Below, in pieces: positions 34,301 to 47,400 of a DNA stretch of 64,000 bases; within the stretch, counting starts at the first letter, position 1, and each line of letters opens with the position of its first letter. Source of the DNA: Tubiluchus corallicola. Lineage: Eukaryota; Animalia; Priapulida. Below the pieces are notes generated by a model that saw nothing but the letters and a program-made list of their open reading frames with translations, ran no database searches and was not told the origin of the DNA. The DNA lies in the NCBI GenBank assembly GCA_030141605.1, contig JAQGDQ010000132.1, forward strand, positions 124,001-188,000, written 5' to 3'. A program made the position numbers and the translations under genes.

Positions 34301-37300
34301 CCCGGATTACCGGCACAGCCTACTGAAGTGACATCACGAGAAATGCTACAGAGATTAAGAAGATGCAGATTAAAGTTGCGGACAATATTTTTTATTTTTT
34401 GCACCTTTGGCCCAGCCTGGTGGATTTTTTGAGTATTTAGCCCAAACAATACGACAAAATATTAAAACTTATATTATTAACTATTAAAAGTTTGTAACCC
34501 ATGTAGTAAGTGCGGCTTATCAAGTGTTCTTAAACTCCATGAACATTTGCCAACTATGGCATAGCCAGTGCAAAGTATATACTAATAATCTAATAACTTT
34601 ATTAATAATTATTATTAATTAATTAATTAATTCCAATATTAATACAACCGTCGTTAATTCTTAATAACAAATGCACATTCTGTTTACTGTTTTACTGTTG
34701 CAACGTTAATAAACAAAAGTTTAGATTATGATAGTACATCAAAGTTGTATGTGAAAAAAGTGTGACAGCAACGTTAACATTAACAACTAATTTTGTAAAA
34801 CCAGATGATTGCCAAGCATTTCAATGTAGTTACCTATGTTGATTCAAGAAATGAATGATTTGTGTGAAAATATACCACACTGTAATGTGCTTGAGTCACA
34901 TAGCGTTAACTGCATTATTAACGAAATATGTTTTAATAAGTATGTGATTTCAACAGGCGTCTTCTTAGATATTTTCTTACCTTTTCTATTGACTGTGCAC
35001 ATCTTTATTGTAAATATTTTTTGTAGTATGAGTTTTAATTATTTATGTGTGCCATGTAATTCTAAATTCGTCTGTGAATAAAGATGATATGATATGATAC
35101 ATGCATTATGCTTCATGTCAAAATATCATATTAGAAAAACTTATGAATTTATGAGAATGGGAACACATGTACGACAGCCTGACAATATTGGCTGTTCGAT
35201 CTATACAACTCTTCCATCCCACCCTCATATCAATGCTACTAACCATTTTTCATTTGCATAAAAAAGCAAAATGCGTATGGAAGAATATGGCGAACAAATC
35301 TACATACATTAGAAAGCGTTTACTCTCGCTTTCACGGGATAAAAATCAATGTCGTGTAAAAACATTCAACTCAAGCTAATGAAACACATTTGAAAGGTCT
35401 TCAGCGAAACGTGTTATGATCAGCTGCAGTCCATGCATTGAGTATGACACTTGTATTACTCACCAGGGACTCCCGAGTCAAGAGTAAAGCAAAAAGCACT
35501 TAACTTCCATCTTTTTGGGCGCGTGGCTGTATTAAAAATGGCAAAGTGATTATCTAGTTCATCCGACAATATCTGGAAATAAGTGTCGTGAAACAATGAC
35601 ACATTCATTATTATGCAACCAAAACTCCTGAACCAAAAGCAATGCCAAAACTACTTAACTTTTATTTTTTGGACGGTGTCCACATCTGATAATGGCAATG
35701 TGATTATCCGGTTCATCCGACAACGTTTTCATGTTAACTTTATAAAACACAACAGTATACTAAGCTGAGCAGGCATATATAACTATTTGACGATTCGTTT
35801 GATAATAATATTGTGACTATCCGGGTCATCCGACAATGTTTTCATATTAATTTTGTAAACCAACGCTGTATACTAAACACAACAGACATATATACCTATT
35901 TGCTGACTCGTTTGACAACGCTGAGAATGCAACCAGAGAACTAATCTGCAGGTAAGTCACGGGTGCAATGGGTGACTTAGCAGGGTCCTCCTGCTGAGTC
36001 CTGGACCCAGACTTTTAGAGCGCCAAAATATATATAAGAAAACAATAAGGCGAATATAAATTGGGCCACAATCTAGTCATAAATTAACTGTTGTTATTAT
36101 GGCAAAGTTTTACGTTGAAATGCGCTTAATAGGTGGGTAAACTGAACTTGATGTCGAAGTATCACACAATAGCAAGGCCAAATAAATGAGTAACAACAGA
36201 ATCGCTAATTGCCCTTTTAGCAGCACTCACTCGTATTTCTCGTTGAGAAGCTGGTCAAAGAGAAGCCAGTGATCAGTGTGTGCTGCCATCTACCGGGCCT
36301 TTTGTTTACAACGCACAGGACTAGACCGCTTTTCGACAGCGAGCTATTACGATAGTTCTGCGAAAACTATTACAATGACCGGCGCACCAGGGCAGACGTC
36401 GAACGAATGTTTATAGTACTCGCTATCCATACCTGAGGGCTCAGCCAGGTATTACAGACGAACCGGTCCGAAACTATAACAGTGAACTCAGATGACATAG
36501 TCCCGGTATCAATAACAGTGTGTTAGTATCACAATGCAGGCTGTAGCAATTCAAGTGCAGTTGAATGAACCGGATTAGTTTATATGTTGGAATGTTTCGG
36601 CAGTCACTTCGCGGTTTTGACGCAATTGCGTCGAAATTCGTGGCCAGGCGAGGAACTTTCAAATATGGGATAGGCTTCGGAACTTGAAAGTGATAGGTCT
36701 AACCTACATTTCTGACCAGTCAACTTCCAAATAATAGCTGACACCTTTGAAATGAATTTGAACCGTAGATATTAGGTCGCTTAATTGCAAGAATATGTCA
36801 GCAAACAAAGTTTTTTGTGTTTTTAGTGGTACTACTAAGTTCTCAAACAGCAATGGAAACATTTACAGCTTTAACTATACCAGCCATCCAACCGAGCACA
36901 CTTCAGAGGCAGCACTGCTTGAGCTTCAGTTGTAAAACAGCACTGGTAGCTGCTTCAGTGAATGTCACAACGCTACGCACCATGGAGTTGGTAGGTGCTA
37001 GTGTTACCCAATCCTGAATTTATTATTGAATTAACATAATGATTCCTTAACCGCCAATAAAATCACAGGAAAAAGTCACAATTAATTTTGGCTAGGGTTA
37101 GGGTTAGGTTTATTTCTTTTTTCCGGTGCCTTTTTTGTGTGACTTTTTCTGTGACTATTTTACCTGTGACTTTTATCTACCCTCTTTTGAGACACCTACC
37201 CTCTTCTGAGACAATATCCCACTTCAAGGAAATACAACGCTATTAAAGTGCGGAAAATTGGAAGAATGGGGGAAATACGATATTCCCATCATGAAAATTG

Positions 37301-40300
37301 CAACCAAGAACTGAGGAAATTCATAATAAGAAACATCCAGTAAATTACCAGTACGTCATAGCTCATGTTCAAGGGTGTAAAGAAGCAAAAGAAAGAAAGA
37401 AGTTAAAAGTTAAATGAAGCAATGTATCAGAAAAGGATCACAAATTTGTGCACAAATTCCAAAATAATCGCATTATGATCTTGTTGTCCAGTTTGGGTTT
37501 GAGGGTTTACATTTTAGTTCGAAAGTGACAAAGGCAGTGATAAAGACATACACCTGGAATTCACAAGTTAATTACAAAACGACGTAGATGTATAAGCAAT
37601 CTTCAGAACGCCTTGCATTTTAAACCAGAAGTATCTCACAGCCCTAAAAAAAGATATAAAATACAAGCTCGCTTGAAGCAATGCTATATAATAAATTCGT
37701 TCTACGTTAATAGAACGCATCAGTTGCATATCTACTTGTGTAGCTTATTCGTGATTACCTTCACGACCACTATCATTGATTCATTATTAACGCCCAACCT
37801 AAAAGTGGAATAGAAAATGTAGGTCTGTAAGTCACACAGGTCTGTAACACAGGTTATTGTAACAGATTTTTCACGTACAAAGTCGCCGGCTACAGCGTAG
37901 GTATATTATTGCTGTGAGTACTACAGGTGTAAGCTACTCACCTGTGAAAAAGTATTTAGAATGGTTTTGATTTAGCCCATTTATAAATAAAACGTTCAAG
38001 TTCGATAAATGATAGCGAGTTTGAGTTTCCGACAAGAAACTGAATGTATTAATCTCGTAACTGCCTGAGGTCCAATTTTAAGATACGATTAATCATATTT
38101 AACATGGATAAAAATGATATCAGTTCAATAGGTACAAAGTGCACCACGTTCGAGTCAACGAGTTTTATTAACATAAAGCCAATCATTAGTGTAGTTTGCA
38201 ATAATCGATATCTTGAGGTGGCTCTAAAGTAGTTGAATGAGTTGCATACCTTTTCTAAACGGTAACTAGAGATCCAAAAGGATACTTTAAATAGGTACCT
38301 TTGCCATAGACTACACGGTATGCTTGATAATAGTTTCAAAAAAGACGTTGAAATAACGAAAAAGTGCCAAGCGCAAAAATAGGCGCTATACCTATTAGTA
38401 AAATACACAATCGTAATTCTAAATCGTGTAAACTTAAAAATTGCTGAACACCATCGTATTTGAAATTCTGAATTCTCGCTTTTGCACACATGTGCGAAAC
38501 GTTCAGTTAAAAATCTTTCCCGACAGTGACGTCATTGCGTGACGTCATGACGTTTCTAAGCTAATATTTATTTATCAAAAACTTCTTGATAATCATTGAA
38601 TGTAATACAATGCATGTCTTAGACCACAGACCAAAATAAACTATGGTCCTATGTTTTTCTTTTGTCAAAAAAGAAATACCCAAATACGGGGGAGGGGGCG
38701 ACCGAAAAACGGTAACACTTTTTGCGACTAACTTGCTTGCCAAATAATAAGAGCTAATTTCTTTTAAACGTTGAACGTACAAAGCAACTGGCAAGCGAAC
38801 AAGGTCACTGTCCATAAATATTTAATTTGTAACCTCGCCTCTAAAAAGGTGGACAACACAGATACTTGCCGCCCGATCTGTTCAGACTATTAATTGCTCG
38901 GTGATCTTTGACCCCTGTAATTTGTTTGAAAATGTATCACCGTCAATGTATGAAGTTTGTATCACCGTCAAAGTTTTATCTCAACATATGTTCGTAATTC
39001 ACATCCTGTCATTATGTAATAAGTAACACACGATAACATTAAATAATTAATATACTGTATTCTTTTCAATGCGTAGTTACAAAAACTCCTAATTTAAAAG
39101 GTGGTACACAAACCTAGATTATCCTTTCTACGCTTCTTATATATGTGAAACTCCTGGCCCCCTCTCTTTCTCTCCTCTATCTCTTCCCCCCCTCCCTTCT
39201 CTACATCCCGCTTTCCAATTTACTATATTCGGCAACAACATGTTATTCAGCTGAAGACAAACTACCCACTTTTGCTACATCACAATCTTACATTTTAGTA
39301 GTAAGAAAAAACAAGCGCTGGAAAAGAAAAACAATTATTTCCTAATTCCTACAACCACGTCAAATTCCTGTGGCCATCTCATAACTAGTTTGGTCACGAA
39401 CAATAACTTCTTATTAAGGAAACGGTTGATTTTTCATAGTTCGTCACCCGCAATTAGAAACAATACCAAGACTAAAAACTCCGAAACACCGGACGATTAT
39501 ATAGAACAAAATTCCGCCAGGAAAACTAAAACTTAATCTACTTAAGCTAATTAGTTGTATGCAAAACGCCTGGCGAAGAAGACGCATGGTTTACTATGCA
39601 GCTGGTATATTTAGTTCGTGGCACTAGATGGTACAGCTAGGGTTAACTCTTTGAACTACTTCCTTGTCATATGAGCCGCCGCACCCGCACAGTGCGACTT
39701 ATACAGGTAAAACGCAATTGTAATCAACAGGTGTTCCGTATTGTATTATTTGAACATTAAATGCAAATGTGGTATATAAAAAGAGCGATAGTTCTAAATT
39801 AGTTAATTAAGAAATTCCGCAATTAAGAAATCCAGGAAAAAGTCTTTCAACCTAGCCGGGTCGCTTATTTCGGGCGAAAAAAGGAAAAAAGATCACACTA
39901 GCTAACTAGAATTACGTTTAAAGAAAGTTTTTACGTTCGAGATTTTACAACTATTTCATTATTTATTTATTATTAATGTCAAAAAATACATACAATACAA
40001 ATAAACAAGATATACATACAATTTCAATTTTGAAATATAGTGACACTGCCGACAAATAATTATTCATAAAACAATGTAATATTATAAAATCGCTCCTGTT
40101 AATTATTTAAATGAAGAGTTAAGACTCATCTGGCCTCATTTCCAATGACATGATCGTTACATAGTATATTGTTCATCATGTCTTAAAAACGCTTTTGCAA
40201 CATAATCAATAGATGCCTTCATTATTTTGTAATATTTTGAATAACACGAAATAACAAATTAATTTTGGTTACTTTATTTGATTTTTTTCCTTTGGCCTGA

Positions 40301-43300
40301 AGAAACTATAGCGCTAGTTCGAAATGTTGTGTTTTTTTCCTAGTTTCTTAATTGCCGTTATTTTTAAAATAACTGTCGGCATTCTTGTCAATTAGAATCA
40401 AATTTGAGTTTAAAATCAGTTTTTAAACGCTGCAATTAAAGTATACTGTAATTAGTCACTGTTTTTTCTATAATCTACGCACAGCAATGGCGATGACGAC
40501 GACAATTTGATGTTGATGATAATTACTTAGTGCTTGTCTCTTTCAGGGTCTGTCGCAGCTACAGATTATATCTAATAATTCTAATCTATCAATTACAACT
40601 TGGAGAACTTAAGATGCGTGTCAGTATTAAAAATCATAAAATGCAATTAATATGAAACACGGCACACCTGTCGAAATTAACAGAGCAATTAACAAATGCC
40701 GACAAAGCCCTTTGAAGAAATTAAGCCGATTACATGCAGGTACGCAGGTATATTATTGGCTTATCAGCAATTCAAAGGTAGATTAACCTTAATTACCCAA
40801 ACACTTGTATATCATTAAAGAACGAAAAATGAATGTGATTGTTATGAAAAAAGTCATAGTAATAGTTATCGTAAAGTAGATAGAGTTTCTGGACAAAGTT
40901 AAATTTTAAGAGCCATTTCGAGCTACACGGCACTAACAGGTAAACGTGGAATTGGAAACGAAAGCAATGTGTTTTCGCCAGCCAAAAATGACGTTTTATT
41001 TTGATTTTCTTAATTTATCAAATACAGCTATCTATTTAAATTGATAAACGTGAGTGAGAAAAAAGTATGGGATTAACTGGACATTACAGAAACCTCTCTC
41101 ATGCAAGAAAAGCAATTAAATTAGAGCGTCATTTCGCCACAAAACAAAAAAACGGTTAAAAAAAGAAATTGCATCTTTTAGTTTTAAACCTTCAGTAGCC
41201 TGTGACAGACTACAATGAACTTTTTATATATTACAACTATAAGTTGATAAAGGTGTATTTTAATACAACTTTTTTAATTACCCAATGTTTCTTTTAAAAA
41301 ATGATAATTTTCAACACAACGATGTAATTTGCAAAGAAAATGGGTTTGAATTACTAAGCTTCTTAATTGGTTGAAATTCAGACTCAGTCACCTTTTTACA
41401 GATTTTCATAAATATGATACTTACAGTACATTACAGTATAAAAAAATCTACATATTTTATAGAATAATAAAAAGCTGCAAACAAGTTTTCCTTAATTTCA
41501 CAATCAGCCTCTGTGCTTTTCTCACAAATATATTAATTTTGAAGTTCATGAAGTAACAACCTGCATGGCAATTATTGATAAATTCTTCCATTCAAACTAG
41601 CTCAAACTTAACAATTAAGAAACTTTAAGCTCTTCCAGTTTTCACTATCATTGCAATTCTGTAAATTTGTAAAATTCTAAGAAACCTTTAATAATTATAC
41701 TGCGCATTTGCGATCACCGGACGTGATGACGTCATCAGTGACATATTTTCCTAAGCTCTGCGCATCAGCATCTCAATAATAGATTTCGAACAAACTGTCC
41801 TGAATGCATGACCTAAAATTTCTATCTGTATCCGCCTCTGCATGCTTTCTTTGTGCATTGTTCTTATGTAGAACAGGATGGGTTTGTAACTCCTCAATAA
41901 TTAAGATGCCTTGCATTTCAGCCAACAGCCTTGTTTCTAATTACTAAAAGCACAAGCATGTGGCTAATAAGCTTCTAAGTGGAGGAACTACATATTTTTT
42001 ATGATAGTTGAGTGTATTCATAGCAAAATCATGTTCTGAAAAAGATATTTTGCGTTTTGAAATGTCTGATATGATATATGATATAATGTGATATATGATA
42101 AATCTTTATTTAAAGTTGGTATGCATGCACAAATAGAAAATACAAGCTCCTAAGAACTATCGACCAGTCTCTTAGATCTTAGATAGTGGATCTTACTGGC
42201 GCCCTGTGATCGCAGTTTATAAAACAAGAGTTTTTTTGTAAAATAGTGTAACGTGAGTCATGAATATGCATCTTTATTGCAAAAAATTTCTGATGTACAA
42301 CAGAAAAAATTTCCAGCTTTGTGGTGTTAAAGTGAATAAACACTGTCTATTAAAGAATTCAGATAGCTCGTCTGAACATGTAATACATACAGAATAATTT
42401 TACAGGCTATGCAAAAGAAAATAGTGGATTTGCATTACAGGAAAAATGCCCTGACTGTGAATAGCACAGCAAACACATCGGGAAAAATTACCTAAAAATC
42501 TACAAATTGCAGTTTACATGTCTGAACTGTAGCTTGTAACGTACAAAATTCTCAATAAGTTGAATTAAACAATACCAAAAAACAACAATAAAACGAGCGT
42601 TTGTTCTACAATATATCTGTTAGCGATAAAAGTTCGATGCAAAGACGTAAAGACAAATCTGTAATCATATTATAGCAGTTTTACTTGGTGCTTGTTGCTG
42701 CTGCTTGTAAGATTTAAGTACCTGAATTGCAATAATTATTTGTGGTGTGTCGGAAAAAATTTCACGGCAGTTTTTGTGAAATCTTGAGTCGACTAATTCC
42801 GTTTTATAGGAGCCTTAATCTTTTGCTAAGTTGATATATCTATACATATATCATCAATACAGTAAAATAGAAAGCCCACAAAACATTTTCTATTTTCATT
42901 TCAGTTCTATACATCAAGACTTATCGCCGTGTTAATATTTAATATTTATTGGGCATTTACTATTCACACAATCCATACACCGTTTACAAAATATAAATAC
43001 ATAACACAATACAACATATACTCTGTTAGTAACAACATAATAACACAAGTTAAACACGACAGTTTAAACTAAAAATAAAACATCAAACTTTGACGTATAG
43101 ACCCAGTGGTGTAACATATACATTCATATACGTATATGTTCAAGGTACTTACATGCACATATAGTATTTAATTTACATAAACGATCTTAGTTACATATTA
43201 TTTATTTTTAAGCTTATAATAATTACATCCTGTAACTGAAACGCTTTCAAACGAATTTGTGGATCGTTACATACAACTTTTATAAATTATTTTGCAGATT

Positions 43301-46300
43301 GTACAAAAGAACATGGCGTTTTTGTACTCTGTCAGTGAACAACAGGCCATGGCATGGCGAAAAAATACCTAAAAACCTAGATACTGCAGGAAACACGTCA
43401 CATCTCTAGGAGAGAAAACCCTATATATCTTTAATTTTAAACAGGTAGAACAAGGGCCTAGCTACAACAAAGACAGACCTTTACCTGATCACCATGACAA
43501 CAAATATGCACTTGTTGCATCAGCTTCCAACGCCTAGCCTTGGTAACCAATTAACCGACAGTTTACATTTTTGAATGAACAAATATTTGAACTTGTACTA
43601 CAAGCTGACTATATTCGAATCCTTAATTTGGAAAAACCAACTCTAAAGCAAAACATTGTTTCTGTGTGTTTGTTATAGACAAATATAGAGATGATATCAC
43701 TGAGTTTTTGACGATTTCTGATTTCTTTATGTTGTGAAATCAGATTGAACGCAAAAATGTAATTTGGTAGTTTAAGGTTTATTTTTGCTGCAACCAATTT
43801 TTATACCATAACCACTTTGTAACAAAAGTGTCAACTTGTCATTTTAACATTTCATCAAATAGTTGCGTTTAATGACCGTCTCTTATTCGACAAATACTGA
43901 TTGACAATGGCCACTTAACCCAATGTTCCCGGTTCAAATCCACACTCAATTATAAACCACAAAATTTTAATTCTTTCAGTCTAATAAGCACCTGATTTTA
44001 ATTTAACGATTTTGAATTTATGTTACGTTACAGTCAGACGTTTTTTCAATTTTTTCAGCTTGATCTCACTTCTGACTATTACATTCATGGCGCTATACCT
44101 ATGTTCAGAAAAAACCGTTCTTCCAAATCAACCTTCATCCTGGGATTCCTGGTAGAGACATTTGTGAAAAAGACTCACATCGTCGTATACCCTGGTTTCT
44201 CCTCTTTTCAAAGAGCTATAAATTTCCCTCCAAGACCCTTACCAAGTTTCTAGTTTTTTTATGGTGTTCCGGCAATGACCAAAAAACGGCCTTTTCGGAG
44301 ATTTTTTAACCCTCCATTCCTAGAGAAACAATGTTATCAAGTAGAAAAAAGGTCTAATAGCGGGACATTGCAGAAAAATTTATAGTTGTATGGAAAGCGG
44401 AGAAACCGGGCTACATGATGGTGTGGGTCTCTTTTACAAAGGCCTCAACCAAAATGAAGAAATACGGGTTGATTTAGAGGAGCCGTTTTTCTAGACCACC
44501 CTGTGTATATAGCGGCACAGGCTGTATCTGTAAATGTTAGTATATATCATATACCCGTTTAGGGTGCGTTAAATTTGTGTGCCAACTAAAATTCTCACTG
44601 CTATACGTAATTAACACAAAGATGAGAATTTCAAGGTTGGAACAGGTAGGTTATATGGTTTACCAAAACGAGAGAGCTGTATTGGACACCCCTTTCCATT
44701 CACAAACATTGTACTTAAACACAATCAATGTATATAGGCCGCCATCAAATGTTAATCAGTTTAATTAATTTCTAACGTCGTAACAGAGATGAGATGTTCG
44801 GTGTGTATCAACGAAGGAGGATCCCAAACGCGCTCATCTTAATGAGAGTTTTAGTCATGACCTCGATGCTCCAAGCGATTACGACATTTAGACCTTTTTA
44901 GCTCTTTTCAAGGTAGAGGTACAGCGCGCGGTTATACTAACGGTTTGTGTTTACCACGAGATGGCAATCACAAGAAAACGACGAAGCTAGATATGAAGTG
45001 AAACATTTTTATGTCACAGATAATGTCAAACTTGAAGTTTCTTTTTATTGTTTTTATAAATTATTTTATTTCTAGTATATTTACATTTGCGCTGATTCCT
45101 TTTATTTTTTGATATAAATATTAATCTAGTACTTAATTGAAGCGTACTAACGCCTGGCATCGTCAAATTAGGTTCTTGTTAGCAGTATGCGTTATAAAAA
45201 TGCCAATTCAATTCAATTTCTTTTATTTGTCTCGTTCGTGATAGTTATATTAACATATGTACAGTATAGTTTAATAAAGAGTTATAGAGCGGGATGGTGG
45301 CGAACAACCCATATGGTCATTTAATCTAGCCACTACTATGATTTAAATACTTACACATTAATAATATTAGCAAAACAGCAAGCGTTATAATAATTAAAAA
45401 ATATACTTAAATTGAAAATAACAAAAATTCAAAAATTTAAAGGACATAGGAAAAGACAGTAGTATATTTGGCCACATAATAACAACAACTGACCAACAGT
45501 AAAAGATTAACTTAGTGTACCACAAACACTTTACTGCTATTGCCTGAGACATATTAATACACCACAAGCAGTATGAGCATGGTCTCTTACACTGTTTAAC
45601 ATACAACACAGAGTTTGTTTTAAGTGTGCTGTCACGGCTCGGGAAAAACCTGGTTGCAAGCAGTCCTACCTCCCACTAAAAACCAGCCCACTAGCAGTTA
45701 AATCTGGCATTTCACTACGTACTTCAAACCAGCCTTCAGTAAATTTTACGTCTTTTATAACAACAGCCCAAAATTATTATTGCTATTGTTTCGAAATAAA
45801 GAACTCAAAACAAATTTTATAAGAGTTAGTTACTGAGCATGGGAGTTAGCGTGCATCTTCTTTCTGTAAAAGACCTATTGCAAAAATGTCAAAGTCAAAA
45901 TAAAAAAAAAAACGACAGCAAAACAAATAGTTTAAATGCTGCAATTTAATGTAATTGAAGAGCAACACAAAACTGGTCCATACAAGATGATTTCCTTGAA
46001 AATTATGTCACAGCAAATAACAGAGGCTCTTAGGTCTTTAGAAGTAATTATAATGGCAACTAAAATGCAATTGCATTACAAGACCTGAACGAATATAGCA
46101 GTGAAGCCAGCTAAACCTATTTTGATTAAAAGAATTCATACTTCTTTAAAGCTATTTTTAGCAAGAAGCAAATTCAGAGCATGTTAAACTCATCATATAG
46201 TAGTTAATCATTTTATTGTATAAATTATACAATGATTAAAGAGAATGCTGAAACCCAAACCATGTGCCCTAAAGGAAAGAGTTAATTTCATTCGTCCTCT

Positions 46301-46754
46301 TCTAGCTAGGATGAGACGTAACATACAAAGCAAAAAGGAATGCAATCACTACCTTCATTATATTCAAAATCTTAAGTATCAATTCGTTTGCATAAGTTTT
46401 GGTACACAGGCTATGCAGACGGTAGAAATAAGTTAAAAAAATCCAGTTTGTTTTAGTTTATTTGTTACACACTTGCCATACATCATTTAAGATTATTACT
46501 ATATTTGCTAATCATGATTATAGGATGCGCATCAAGGGGATGTTCTGGGACCACGCTTGTAAAATTTCAGTACATTTAATTTAATTATAAACATACTATT
46601 CATGTATGTCACATGTCACACTAAAATGTTTCATTGTTTAAAATAACAAGATTAAAAGGTGTGATAAGCTAATGTGACACCATAAATAAGCAGGGTTTCA
46701 GATTTCAGTCTTAATTGTAGTTGTCTAATTGCTATAAAGCTTTATAAAACTTAC

Positions 46755-46965
46755 CGGAACTGGTAGGTGAAGTAATATGTGTGATGCTGACGTTACTCAT
46801 ATACGAATTACTTGGCATAAGTGGCATGGACGCACTGCTATCCACCAAGCCATTAGGTACAGGGGGTGACACCAGCATGGGCGGAGACGCCTCGATCGGC
46901 TCATACTTGGGAAACTTGATCCCGAATAAATCTTCAAAGCTAATAGTGTCTGTTGTTACCTCCAG
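46755..46965 (-). CDS. E78: E78 distal alternative first coding exon ((M)EVTTDTISFEDLFGIKFPKYEPIEASPPMLVSPP...TSPTSS); start is CTG 46965 or first ATG 46878
   Basis: GC-richer Pro/Ser-rich ORF ending in a G|gtaagt phase-1 donor compatible with exon 18827; in-frame TAA at 46980-46978; candidate upstream acceptor tttttgtgtgtag at 47050. Confidence 0.75.
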
Positions 46966-46986
46966 GTTGGCGGCTGCTTATCGCGC

Positions 46987-47000
46987 CCACAAGGGGGCGC
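46987..47000 (+). promoter_or_regulatory. CTCF-like core motif
   Basis: CCACAAGGGGGCGC closely matches the CCASYAGRKGGCRS consensus. Confidence 0.45.
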
Positions 47001-47191
47001 ATGCAAAATATGATGTTAGCCAGTGTGTCGGGAGAATGTCTAGATGATGCTACACACAAAAAACACTTGGTGACAACACACCACTACAGACAAAAGTTCA
47101 AATGTGTTCCACACGTCAGCAACTAAAAAAGCATCCGATAGTGTCTTCCGAATATCAAAGTAAGAATTTTTTAATCACAGCCAGAAAAATC

Positions 47192-47400
47192 AAGTCAATG
47201 ACCTTGCTGCCAAAACTCCGGGATTGATCCCAGTCGTTCCAGTACCAAAAACCAGAAAGAGGAGCAATTACCAGACAGTGACTGCCTCCTTGCCACAAGG
47301 AGGGAAACACTATGACGTACAATTCACAACACAAGTACAGTGAGTATTGGTACCAGTAGAGCAACAAACCTGTAAGCCCTGCACAGTCGGTCATTGACAC
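47192..47400. promoter_or_regulatory. Two IR1 (EcRE-like) elements upstream of the distal E78 exon
   Basis: AAGTCA-a-TGACCT at 47192-47204; CGGTCA-t-TGACAC at 47388-47400. Confidence 0.4.

Noticed and set aside
35547-35835. CRISPR-like spaced 24-bp repeats
   Set aside because: Eukaryotic intron, only three copies, spacers are 90-130 bp and homologous to one another, and no cas genes are present.
38049-38489. 146-aa minus-strand ORF
   Set aside because: No recognisable domain; composition typical of AT-rich non-coding or transposon-derived DNA.
46781-47047. Plus-strand 88-aa ORF
   Set aside because: Antisense shadow of the E78 distal exon.
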